From Sphagnum compactum (lineage: Eukaryota): 64,000 bases of DNA. Below the pieces are notes generated by a model. It made no database searches and had not been told where the DNA came from. It saw nothing but the letters and a program-made list of their open reading frames with translations. Below are positions 51,026 through 63,634 of this stretch, piece after piece; position 1 is the stretch's first letter, and each line of letters starts with the position of its first letter. The DNA lies in NCBI GenBank assembly GCA_965153455.1, contig OZ234493.1, positions 4,340,001 to 4,404,000 on the forward strand. Direction: 5' to 3'. A program made the position numbers and the translations under genes.

Positions 51026-51596
51026 TCACTACATATAAAGTGTTTTGAGGGGCCATACATTACATATAGTAAAGGAAGAAAGTAGCTTCCCCTTAATCCG
51101 GACGGACAGTAATTAAATATAGCTACGGACAGTAACTAAATATAGCGAGGACGTCAGAAGCTTCCTCTGAATCCGTCCCGTCATCCAACCGGACGGACAT
51201 TTCATCCATCCCGTCATGATTACGTATTTATACATGTATTTTCTACGTCGACATTTTCGTAAGTACGCGTACATTGGTATACATCCCTACCGTATGTGCG
51301 AGAGATCGAGCGCAGAACGCGCGAGAGAGCGAGAGTGAGAGTCTGTTGCCGGATGACAATCGTGCGGCGTTGAGGTCGGAATGATCTCGATTCTGTGGTA
51401 CAGCAGCAGTTTCAATGGGTCGCAGCTGCAGGAGAATGAGGAGAATTTGAGGGTTTGCAGGAATCTTATTCGGCTGCTTCAACAAAATTGTGAATTTTGT
51501 TGTTGTTGGGTGTTTGTCTGAATCTGATGATGTCTGGAGAGAGATAGAGATGAACATCCGCCAAGAGTCGAGGACAAGGTGATGGACAATCCCCGA

Positions 51597-51650
<54 letters not shown>

Positions 51651-51987
51651 GATGGACATCTGCGCGAGGAGGACAGGCTAGAGTTTTAGATACATGCAAG
51701 AGAGATCAACTGGGTACTGAAGAGCAACTGCAGGATTTATAGTAGAGAGCTCCCTCGCTCGCTCGCTCGATGGAGGAGGAAAAACGGGCCTTGAAGAAGG
51801 AGAGATGGGTCTTGAAGGAGGAGAGATGGCGCGAGTGATGGATTTGGAAGTAGTAGAGGGTCAATACCCTACCTAGATGTATTTGATTAGGGGGAGCTAT
51901 TTCATTAGATGCATTTTCAAGGGGAATGGGAGATGTATGTACCGTCAAATACACACACCTGTGCATTAGGCACGGGGTTCAAACTAG
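51026..51987 (+). mobile_element. Non-autonomous Helitron-like element
   Basis: A|TC 5' end (atcactacatataaag). The 3' hairpin cctgtgc-attag-gcacggg is followed by gttcaaa CTAG|T. No TSD. Contains (GA)n. Confidence 0.7.
51599..51646 (+). repeat. (GA)n microsatellite, about 24 units
   Basis: Direct reading. Confidence 0.98.
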
Positions 51988-54043
51988 TCTAGTTATACTT
52001 CACTTGCAAGACTTTGAAATATTGAAGATGAAGCTCTGAAATATTCAAATGGGGGTTGCAATTTGGTGCACCCATCTTCTGATATAATTAACATATTTTG
52101 ACTGAATCTTTTGATTATCAATTGCATGTATGGTATTCATTGATGGGTTTTGACTATTATTATTATTATGGTAGTGTCGGGTAGAGTTGCAAGATTTTCT
52201 TTCACTGAGTTGGAAACTGAACTAACTTTTCCATGGAAATTGCCCATTAATCAAAAGCCAGAATGATTGGTTAAAAGGGACACACGAAGAAATACTTTCA
52301 AAGCAGTGCTTTTTTTTTGGGGGTGAAATATTGCCACTTTATGACAAGAAAAAGGGGCTGTGGACCCTAGAGGGATGTTTTTTGGAGAAAAATGGCACAA
52401 CATCCATTGCACCGACAATGAAATACCCCACTTTCCTTGACTTTCTTCAAAAGTGGAGATGATGAATGGAGGAACTTTCATAGATAAGGGAAGACATAAC
52501 AGTCGGTGTATGAATAGTTTTCCATAGTCCTTGTTCCACCCAATTGCAAGAGGAAATCAAAAAACAAATATTCGACAAAAGAAAATGTGGTGAATAGTGT
52601 TATGGTAACTTTGGCCCATTTGATTGTGGGTGGACAAGAAACATTCTTTCATTGGGTTCATGTCTCACTTTTAACCATGGTGGGTAGTTTTGTTTTTTTA
52701 CCTACTATGCAATAAAATAAAACAAGCTAACAAAGGTCCCTAGTTGTGTATTGAATTTAAAAGGAACCTTTCATTGCAGTTCCAACATCATTTTTGTTTT
52801 TATGGAACCTCTGGTGCAGTCTTGAGACCAATTCGTTGGATTTCACAAAGAATTAAAACCTGGTTCAATTTAAGACCAAGTTTGGATTCATCTCCATTCC
52901 ACACAATTAAACCAAAAAAGATTATGTAACATTAATTGGTTCAACGAATGCACATAATTCAAGATAAAAGTCATATAAAATTTATTATTTACAATCAATC
53001 AAATGCACTAACTTGTCTAAAATGTAATGTCAAGTTTATAAATTTTTAAAATGAAATTATATTTATGTAAATATACGGAACTTATTTAAAAAATAAATAA
53101 GTCCTAGTTGTTGAAGTTCTAATTCAATTTTGTAAAAAATTTGATTCCTCAATCAAGTTCCAATGATTATTCCAAAATAATTTGAAAACTTTGATCTGAA
53201 CACCCTAAAACTTGACCTATAACCTTAATCTCTAAAAATCCCAAAACCTGCCAACATTGGTCCCTACTTCAACTTAGCAACCTACTTGCCCTTGTTTAAC
53301 ACACTAATCACCTACTTGCCATATAGAGGGTTACATGTAGGGAAGTTATCTATGAATGCCTTACTTCCACCCTATTTACCTATTAATCACCTTTGTACCC
53401 CAACCTACTTGTTAATCATTTACATGCCGTAACTTACTTAATAATCACCTACTTGATTCAACCTACTTGTGATTGTCTTAAAAACAACATGCTTCATATG
53501 GTTGGTGGCTCATGCCCATATATTGTCTCATTCCTTTTACATGCCTTTACTTCCTTATTAACCACATGTATGACCTTACTTATGTGTAGGGGAAGGCTAG
53601 CTTTCGAGGGCTTCCCCTAATCCGAAATTCATAGCCTCAAGGGTGTAGGCTTGAAAATTAAGGGAGGCTTGTTGCGTCATGGATCAAATGTCAAACATCA
53701 AGAACTAGAGGGTACTCATGTTTGTTGAAATTTAGAAGGTGTTCAAATATAGGGTCTCCATTGCCGTTGCAAGCCTCATGCTTGCTGTTTAAAGTTCCAA
53801 GCTTGTCCATCACATCATATTTATGAGATCAATACAACCAACTCTTGTCAAGTACGAGGGGGTTTTGGGGCTTTTAATCAAGGGGTTTTTCCCTCAATTT
53901 TCTGTTTTAAAAATATTAGCAAAAGTTTCCAAAAAGTTAGCAAAATTAGTTGAATGTACAATAGAAAAACAAAAGAATTCCAAAAAAAAAAATTTGGGTG
54001 AAAAAATGACAAAATTTGTCAAAGAAAATAGCGCTAATTGTAC

Positions 54044-54417
54044 CTAGTGTGGCTTGTGCCATTGAGCACATATTGTGATATATTGTTATTCAACATTCAA
54101 TAACTTTGGCACCATGGGTCTAAAAAATATGACACCACCTTGGTGCACCTGTATTCATTGAAGCTTTTCCAATGGTATCAAGACCACACCCCCAAATCTC
54201 TAAAATTTTAATTCTGAAAATTTATTGAAAATTGAGTGAAAACCATACTCAAAATTCAATAATCCTCATGCATTCGAAACCTAAACATTACAAAATCACC
54301 TCAGTGCACACCTACCCATCAAAGAGCTTTTTAGTGATACCAAGAACACAACCTTGGTTTGGTAAATCCCAATGTGACAAAACAAACAAATACAAACTAC
54401 CTTCCTTAATAGTAGGA
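54044..54417 (-). mobile_element. Short Helitron-like element
   Basis: The minus strand starts A|TCCTACTATTAAGG and ends tgtgc-tcaatg-gcaca agccaca CTAG. The next base is G rather than the canonical T. Confidence 0.55.
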
Positions 54418-55796
54418 TAAAAAATGTTGATCATGAAGATGAATGTGAGTACACACAAAATGAATAGCCAACAACAACAAAATGGCCATCCACAGGCTTG
54501 TTTGAAATGGATCTATGTGGAACAATTTATCTAAATGCCATTAGGTACTTTAGCTCCTAGTGTTGCTTGTTTTCTTTAATGTTTTATTTGACACCATCCA
54601 AAATGTGTTCTAGATAAATGGACATAATTTTTCATATTTGAAAATTTCGATTTGTTCGAAGTACTATTATTGCTCTTCAATAGAAGACAATTCTACATAA
54701 TAAATTACTTGAACAAGGTTCAGGGTATGTAGATTATTGGCGTGGGAGGGGGACAATCCTTACAGCATGTTCATTCTTATCAAATAATTATGCTTTAATA
54801 ATACATAATAATAAACCATAATAAAATCCAAGTAGTTTTACAGTTGAAGGCTTATGATTTTAAGGTTATCAACATATATACGATTTACCACAACAAGAGG
54901 TTTAATCTTGTCAAATCAAATGAAATCCATCAAGGTGGATACATTATTGTGGATGGTAGAACATGCAATATATTCATGATTATGTCGAACCTTCACTATG
55001 GAGTATGCTAGAATGTGCAATACTTGCATAGATATTCATAGACTTCATTCAAAGTTATGCATAATGATATTTCACTTTCTTGTCATTGGTCCTTGAACTA
55101 TTTTGATACATTAACAAGCTTTAAATCCAAGCTTTCAATCCTATTTGGCAAACATTGATGAAAATAATATATATGAAACATTATGTTGTAGGGGAGGTTC
55201 CCGTCTGAGTGCCTTCTTCAAAGGGAGGGGCACTTGAGGGTGTGAGCCTGAGGGTGTTCCCAAACCTCAGGAAAACACACGAGTACAAGAACCCTCCCCT
55301 TCTGTAAACAACTCTTTTATTTCCTCCCTTCTTTCTCATTTCGGAGAAAACAATTATTTCAATGGGAACATGAGAACATATAAAATTGGGGGAGCTCCCC
55401 AAGCGTAACGCACTAAGGTTCTTCTGCTGGGGAAATGCCTCAAAATACACACACCCAAATAAAGAGGGAGTTGCTTACGTTGTGATTGGATCATCCTTAA
55501 GATCATCACATGACCTTGGTTGTGTTATAAATGTTACATTAAAATCTCCACTTTATTGTATTTTTTAATAGTTGGATGGAACAACATGATGATGATGATG
55601 ATTGAAGTGTCACATAAACAACTTAAGAGTTTATGCAAGATTAAACAGTTCTAAATAAAATATCAGAGGTGCAGACAACTGAAACTTAAAAGGCAACACA
55701 TGGCCATTTTTCAAGCGCATAGAAGAAGAGTTTGCACAATCATCATACAAATATTCCTTTAGTTATAAAAGTGTTATTTGCAATGAAAATGTCTAA

Positions 55797-55856
55797 TGAG
55801 ATTTCTTCATTTAATGCGAGTAGACTGAGATTTCTTCATTTAATGCGAGTAGACTG
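55797..55856 (+). repeat. Perfect 29-bp tandem duplication
   Basis: tgagatttcttcatttaatgcgagtagac occurs twice. Confidence 0.95.
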
Positions 55857-56260
55857 TTTTAGTTTGAGACATTCATTTGCAGTCTCTAAGCAATTGTTCC
55901 ACTATGCAATTTGACAAAGCCTACGAATCACAATTTGAGGGTGACAAGTTTAATTGCATGTTGAGAACCCTAAATATTAGAAACACAAGATTCGAAGTTT
56001 TTGAAAAGATATCTGAAGCACAAAATCTCAAGAAAAAAACTTCACATGTAAATTTTTTTTCAGTTGCTTGAAAAGAGCAAAGATTGCATGTAGAAGACAA
56101 ATCTCTCCTGTGCCAAAACATGGCAAACTTTACAACAGGACAGATTTAACTTGACCTAAGGTGCAGCTTGACATCAAGTCAACAATTTAAATCGCGTTCA
56201 TGCACAACTGACTCAAGATAGTTCCATCCATAGCTGTAGTGGTATTGCGAGGAAGAGGTA

Positions 56261-56358
56261 TGGGTTGATGAGCCCACACAAGACAACACAAAAGAAAATC
56301 AAGCATCCCCGTGGGTTGAGCCCACACAAGACAACACAAAAGGAAATCAAGCATCCCC
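56261..56358 (+). repeat. Tandem duplication of about 48-51 bp
   Basis: tgagcccacacaagacaacacaaaagRaaatcaagcatcccc occurs twice. Confidence 0.93.
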
Positions 56359-56879
56359 TTCCTTCTTGTACGTGTTTACTAACACAGAAAAACCCGTGTT
56401 GTAAAAGTGGGGATGATAATGAGCCCCGAAAGAAACTTCATAGATTACAGAAAGTAGTATATAAAGAAACAAAAAATGATTGTTTTTTGCATATTGACAC
56501 TGATAACGCGCCTTCTTTTTGTATGACTCACAAATCAAAGATACCCCCGACCCGGAGGATGGGAGATTCATTTTGGGCGAGTGATAAAGTTTTTAGTCTC
56601 CTTTCTGGGAAAAGGGAAGGAAATAGAGGGGGGCCGGGGTTGTGAAAAGAAGGGAAATGTGTTTCATTTTATTTGAAATGGAACTTATAGACACCAGCTC
56701 ACCATGAGGGAGGGATGGATGGATGGATGGATGGATGGTGTGTGGACATGAAACACTTTTCCATTGGGTTCGAGTTCCCTTGCTAACCATGGTGGTTAGC
56801 TCAGCTCAGGGTTTTGATTCGATTACCTACCTACTAACAATCCACTTAGCTCTTCCACCTAAGTATTAACAATCTACAT

Positions 56880-57230
56880 GCATCTATTCACCTAGTATAT
56901 CACCTATTGTCCTACCTATTTACCTAGAGAGAGAACCTCTCTTGTTAAAGGATGGGTTACCAAGGTGGGAAGCCAATGTGAACTCAAATTTGGGTTCATC
57001 CATGTGAGTCATAATAGAGGCTTCCAAATGGATTGATTGGTGTGGTAGTGTGGTTGCTTGCTTCATTTCTACTCACCTAGTAGCCCACCTATTATTTCCT
57101 ACCTACTTACCTACAGAACTTTTAGAGGATGGGTCACCACAGTGGAATCCAATGTGAAGAACTCCATTGAGGTTCATCCATAACACAGAGGCTTCCAATG
57201 AAGTGGTGAGCTTGGTGGCTGTTGGTTTCA
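56880..57230 (+). repeat. Diverged tandem duplication of about 175 bp
   Basis: aggatgggtYacca...ccaatgtgaa...ggttcatccat...agaggcttccaa at about 56949 and 57126. Confidence 0.75.
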
Positions 57231-57784
57231 CTCTGGGCCTAGAATGGGGATATTGGTGAGTAAATTGGCAAACTTGTCTCCAGTGGTTCGAGGAAAAGTC
57301 TATTTGACAATGTCAACAAAAAAATTGAAAGAATCTTGATCGCAAAATCTGGCAAACTTGAAATTGCAAAAGTAAACATGAGCATGTGCAAGGAAGGAGG
57401 GAAATTTAATTTTTTTTAAAAATATATATATTTTTTATTTTTTCAGTTTTGTGATGCAGTCAAATTGGCGATTATCAACAAAGAAGATTTAAGCAAATTT
57501 GGCTGTAAACCAGTTATGAAAGTTTTTAAAAAAAAGAAAAGAATCCTTTTACATTTTGGCACCTGTTAGAACTTAGACCTGTTGCAGAAATCTCACAATT
57601 AAAATTTTTTTGGGGAGGAAATTTGGCAGATTAGGCCAAAATTTTCACAAAAATCCTTTTCATGTTTAGAAGAAATAAGAATTTTCAGGTTCAAAAAGAC
57701 GAAAAAATTCACCACAAAAACAAAAGAAACACTGGAAGGAAAGAGAAGAAACCAATCCAGAATCTCCCATCTCCACGACTGACT

Positions 57785-57960
57785 TATTGCAAGCGATCTA
57801 TTTTTGATATGGAAAAATACAGCCAATTTACTCTAAGCCAATCTTCTCTAAGCGATCAATTATTGATATGGAAAAATACAGCCAATCTATTACAAGCGGT
57901 CAATTATTGATGTGGAAAAATTCAGCCAACCTACTACAAGTGATTGATTTTTAACATGGA
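57785..57960 (+). repeat. 3-4 degenerate copies of about 45-57 bp
   Basis: Recurrent ttgatatggaaaaatacagccaat and aagcgatc. Confidence 0.8.
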
Positions 57961-58857
57961 TAGGTTTTGAGATCTAGTTTGAGCTAACTTGACGTCCTGT
58001 AAATTCTCTCTATCTCTTTTTTTCCCCTCTTTTTTAGCCCTTTGTACATTTTCCTAATCTATGGTGTGTCTATCAATAAAGTTTTACAGGGTTTCATCAT
58101 CATAATCCAGAATCTTCTTTCTTCAATTAAATACAAAACTTTTGTTATTTTGAAATATGGAGAGAGTGTAGCTTATCATGTCGGTGCAACACGCAGGACT
58201 GCCCAAAGTTTCCTTCCTGAGAGAGAGATCACCTTGGGTAGGTAGGTGGGGTGTGTGGGTGAATTTTTGTTGCCATTTTGAATTTGGTTTTGGTGTTTTT
58301 TTGTCGGGGTTTTCCTGCATACTTGGCTTTGCAGAAAGACTGTGATTTTGATGCAATTGAGCTTTGTGGGTGGTGACAAAGATAACAACACACTCAGTAG
58401 TAGTAGTAGTAGTTGTTCTGTGTATTTTGGTTTGGATATTGACTTTGAAGCAATTTGTGTATTTGGGTAAGTCTTTGTTCTGTGATTTTGCATGTAGATT
58501 GTTTTCCATTCTGAGGTTGAAGAGGTATGGGTTGCTAAATTTGTTTTTGTGATCTCTAATTCTTATATTTGATATTCTGTTTGCTTTTGGGAGTAATTTG
58601 TGGTTGCAGGATCTGGTAAGTGAAAGACAAAAAGAATTCCCAGAGAATAATGATGATGGGAGTAATTTTTAGTTGCACAATCTGGTAAGGGGAAGGCAGA
58701 ATTTTTTCTGGAGAATTAATGATCATGATGCTGAATTTTGATCCCAACAGATGATCAAATAGCAGCACATGTAAGAAAAATACAAAGAGCACGAGATTGC
58801 AACTTCAGTTTCACAGCTTTGAAAGATTCATCTGAATTGGGACAAAACCAAAACAAA

Positions 58858-59573
58858 ATGACAAAAACCATGAGAGCTGTGCAATACTCTGGTTATGGTG
58901 GAGGTGCTGCTGGATTGAAGGTATGATGGTTGCACTGGGCGCATCTCTAAACAGTTGTTTTAATTTTGTTTCAGATATGAACATGGGTACTGGACAGAAA
59001 CTAGTACACCATCCCTTCTACCCTCTCTCTCTTAAAGCTCAACTTTCAGTTTACTGGATCTGTAACTGGTTTGTTTGTCTTATGTTGTAATTAGTACTAA
59101 TTAGAGGTAGTGTTTTCCACATTGACTTGAGGCATATACTTCTTTGGAAGAACTTGTTGAAAAGGATAAAGTGGACACAGGAGTCTCATTTCATAACCAG
59201 ACCTAAATTTTTTCTTATAAGATAAAGAGCAAGTGTAAGGGATTTTTCCATTTTGTGAATCTTGACTTTTGAGCCCTATGAAGAATTATTGTTATTTGGA
59301 AGAATTTTTGTTTTTTGAAAAGGTTGGAGGATAGGAGTTTTAGGAGAGAGTGATTGAATATGGCCTGGATGTAAATTTTCTCTCAACCTTGATAGCCTGA
59401 TCAACCATAGGCAACCAGAGAAATTGAGGTTGAACATTGGTGTATCTGTGTCATTGTTTCAATCCTCTTGCTATCCTTTTTGTTTACAGAATTCTGGAGG
59501 GTCATGGAAATGAATTCTGGCAAAAGAAGGTGCATCCAAAAATGTAGTGAATTTGGCTGTATGTTGTATGTGA

Positions 59574-59605
<32 letters not shown>

Positions 59606-62316
59606 AGAGAGAGAGAGTTTCTGGATGCAGCATGTGGAGATTCCAGTCCCTGTTGTGAAGAAAGACTACGTGTTGATCCAAGTGGAAGCAGTGAGTATCA
59701 ATCCACATGACTGGAAAATACAAGATGGGTACGTGAGGCATGTACTGCCGCCCCGGTTTCCACACACCCCAGGTAATTCTTTCACATCATTTGTCCACTT
59801 GTGCTTTTTCAGTAGCCAAGTCCAAACAGAAAAAAAGAGCATTGAGGGTTGCGGTGGGTTGCTTACATTCTTTTGCTCTGGGGTTTAAGTTTGAAGTTTG
59901 TAGCTTATCTGAAGATGTAAGCCTTGCAAGAAAGCCAAAATATTAACACAAGTTTGAGCAAAGCTGTGTTGGAGACAACTGGATATGGATTCACAATGAC
60001 AAAACTGAATTGAAGAACGTGCTGTTGGAACCAGGCACTGATGTTGCAGGCGAGGTTGTCGGTCTTGGTCTCGGAGTTACAACTTTTTCACTTGGTGACA
60101 AGGTTGTGAGTTGCCTTGGCACGGTATGCTTGCTGTTTCTCTTTGCTCCCATCCAGACTAAATGGACATGCAGGGTAAAAGCCCCAGGGTGGGGGCATTC
60201 CCAAAATAAGCAGCCTAGGACAAGGTGTTAGCCAAGTCTGGCCTCGCATTTGGGGAGAGTCCCTTACCCTCGGCAAACATTATCATGAACCTAAACGTAC
60301 ACAGATCACATGGTGTAGGAGGGGAGGGTTCTTATGCCTACTCCTTAAGAGTGGGAGGGAAATTATACCTACTAAATAGGCATTACCTAAGTAGGCACAA
60401 TTTACCTGCATATTTTCCCTTCCACTGTTATGGAGTAGGCATAAGAACCCTCCGCCTAGAAAGGAGGAATGTTCTCAAATGTAAGTTGAAAGACACTAGC
60501 AAATCTCTCCTAGTGCTTTATGAACCTTCAAAATTATTTCATTGAATAGTGGTGTAGGGTACAAAGGACAAAAATTGATCACTAAGGGACCAACTTATTG
60601 TGCTTGCTTGCTGACCGCAATACCTGAGACGAGGAACTGATGTACAATATCTAAAAAAAGAGGAACTCCATTTTGTGCTTTAGTTTTCAAAGGTTTCTGT
60701 GCTTCTCCATCCTGGGTACATTCATTGATAAAAGTAGCCAACTGCACTTCCTGAAGCACTCCTGGGTAGTCCTGAAATTGTATTGACAGGTTGATGTGTC
60801 AGAGTGGGTTTGGTCAAATGCTCCTTTTTTTTCCACTGGTTATAGTGCTCAAACTGTGCTTTAAAACACAAGTCACAGTCCTTAAAGCGTACTTTCAGAT
60901 ACCTGATACTCATTCGAATCATTTCAAATTTATACAAATGCTACATTGATAGGTTTCAAAACATCATTGTAAGAACACACACCACATTTTCAGCACTAAC
61001 ATAGTTACAACTCAAAACCATAAAAAAAAAGCATTGGTTACAGTTTTAGTGATATGCTTTACTGTGAATGTACCTTCCCATGATCTTGCAAGCTCCTTTG
61101 GCAGTTTCATAATGTGATACTCACAAATTCAAAATGTTGAGTTTTTGATGCATCTGAGAGTTTTTTACAAACGACATTTTTAGATTGCATTCAAGACCCA
61201 GTTATACGTGGATCATTGCTTGGAATGCAGTCTGGTGGAGGATTAGCTGAGTATGCATTGGCACACATCTCAACAACAGCCAAGAGACCATTAGGGGTGA
61301 CAGCAATGGAAGGTGCTTGCTTAGGTGATGCTGCATTCTCTGCTCTCCAGAGTGTGCGTGATTGGGCAGGAGTACCACTCAATGGAAGGAAACTCAAGGT
61401 TCCCCCAAATATTCTCATAACTGATGCTAGCGGTGCTGTTGGAACTTTTGCAGTGCAGGTTTCTCTCTCTCTCTCTCTCTCGCAATATGGGATGTAGAAT
61501 CAATTCAGGAACCCAACACCAGATCACCTTCAAGTAGTGAAACAGTGAAATTCAGTTCCATCTTTGGCACACATTGATCTGTCACTGTTAGTGCATGAGA
61601 AGTGGAGCCTCAGATAGGAATCAAGAGATCAGTTTGTGCTACTGTGTCTAGGGAGGAGAATCTCTAATAGTCTGTCATCTAATTAGTTTCCTACTCATTT
61701 AATTTGCATGATGAATGCATCAAAAAACCAAATGCAACCATCCATGTATATCCATATCCATCCATCAATCACTTGGGAGCTTGATGTCATTAAATATTTG
61801 GCTAAATTGGGTTGTGGAGTTTTATTCCTGTAGCTTGCAAAATTGGGAGGTGCGCATGTGACAGCTACATGCTGTGAGGCAAAACACATGGAGCTGGTGA
61901 AGAGTCTTGGAGCAGATGAAGTACTGGATTCCAAGACACCAGGAGGTGAATCCTTGGAGAGTCCATCAGGGAAGAAGTATGACACTGTAATTCAATGTGG
62001 GGAGTATTTGCCGTTTGCCCACATCAAGCCCCAACTCTCACCTACTGGCAAAGTGATCGACCTCACTCCATCACCCAAAAGCATGCTGTCGAGTGCTGCC
62101 AGTCTAGCTTCATTTTCCAAACAGAAATGTATTCCTTTCATGCCGTCAGCTAATACAACTGACTACTACTTTCTTTTCAGCTTAATGCAGCAGAAGAAGC
62201 TCAAGACAATTGTGGACTCTGAGTTTCTCTTGGAGCAAGCAGAGAAGGCTTGGGCAGCCAGCATTGCTGGGCATGCAACTGGGAAAATTGTGGTCAAGTG
62301 CACAAAATGCAGCTAG
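58858..62316 (+). CDS. ceQORH: Chloroplast envelope quinone oxidoreductase homolog (ceQORH-like, MDR family), 5 exons
   Basis: Exons 58858-58920, 59631-59772, 60035-60123, 61231-61458, 61834-62316. Motifs MRAVQYSGYGGGAAGLKHVE, SINPHDWKIQ, PGTDVAGEV, GGGLAEYA, SLGADEVLD, GHATGKIVV. Confidence 0.93.
59577..59617 (+). repeat. Compound (GAT)n(GA)n microsatellite just upstream of the exon 2 acceptor
   Basis: Direct reading. Confidence 0.95.
60170..60460. repeat. Intronic repeat containing a fold-back of about 130 bp
   Basis: ggagggttcttatgcctactcc (60323-60344) is perfectly inverted at 60432-60453, and pairing extends inward. Confidence 0.85.
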
Positions 62317-62992
62317 AACATGGGCTTCCAAAAGGTGAAGCCAAAACACCAAAACAAAAGATTAACCATGATGAAACTCCCACAACACAAAAATTGCACA
62401 CAATTTGAAAGCTAATTCCTTTCAATTTCACTGCACAATTTGAGATAATACACACCTCTTAGTTGCTGGATTGTAGTAACTCAATATTGCATAATTTGGG
62501 TCATCAGATGTTGAAATTTTTGTGTGGAGGGCATGAGATAATTGCATTGGGAGTCAGAATGAAAATGTGAAATGTGAAGGTGTGCAAATGAAAATATGTT
62601 ACATAGTGAAATTATGGAGGCAGATCTCTGCCGTAGTATATCATCAAGCAACAATAATTGCAACAAGTCCTTAATGAGACAAAATTTGAAATACATGGGT
62701 GTGTTATGTTAGCCATGGCATGTAAACAATTCACCGCATGTGTTTGTTGGTAGAGTAATATAAGGCAAATTCAGTCGTAACTCCCTGCAAACCTTGTACT
62801 CCCTTGTGGGTCAAGTGTGTACAGTGGTAGCATATTGTTAGTTTACAGCCAAATGTTCTACTACTTTTACAGAGTAATACTATCATCATAATATCTGAGG
62901 ACTCCTACCATTATTTTGATTAAGAGTGAGATTGAGATGTTGTATTTCCGGTTTGTTTGCACAACCCTTTTCTTGATGAAGTATTTCCAAAC

Positions 62993-63495
62993 TTACGCAC
63001 CACACCTCCACTTTGTTTGGGAAATATTCAGATGAGTAGGTGCGGAGGAGCTCAAGGTCCATGGAGGCTCCCTTTCATATCTTCAAAGTTGCAAAAGGTT
63101 TAGGTTTAATTTGAATGGGTCTTGAGTTTCTTGGTAAGCTAACATTTTAAACTCTTCATGCTCTGTCAGTCCTCAACCAATCAACCACTCTCCAAATAGC
63201 AATCAACTAATGTTGCAGTATATTTAACCAATTTCTACCTCATCGTTTATGAGTTGATTTTGTTCCCATACAGTGTTGAAATTAAGTCCAATATTTGTCT
63301 TGTTTTTTCTTTCTAAAATTTCTGTTAGGAAGAAGGTTTTGAATGATTTGTGGGTGATAATCCTCAAATTTTTGTAGCAAGCATGGATACAAGGAGGAGG
63401 AAATGAGGAAACCTTTGTTCCCAGGGCATAAATGCAGTGACAGTAGGGTCTCCCCCTATACTAACAATTCCTCCACACTCATGATTCACATCAAC
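62993..63495 (-). CDS. Probable last two exons of an unidentified gene extending beyond the window
   Basis: Exons 63495-63413 and 63080-62993 join via GT-AG in frame to give VDVNHECGGIVSIGGDPTVTAFMPWEQRYEREPPWTLSSSAPTHLNISQTKWRCGA*. Family not recognised. Confidence 0.45.
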
Positions 63496-63634
63496 CTGGA
63501 TAGAATTATGAGATGGTGTTATCATAAAGGGTATAGAGATTTCAGAATTGACAAACATAACAGAAGTGACAAATCAGCGAGCATGAAAAGAAAAGACCCA
63601 AATCATGTGTCATGTTCAACATGCAAGCAACAAT

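Noticed and set aside
51243..51699. ORFs with SLSLSL runs
   Set aside because: These are translations of the (GA)n microsatellite.
55186..55480. Possible solo LTR (tgtagggg...)
   Set aside because: No clear TG...CA boundary with a TSD could be established.
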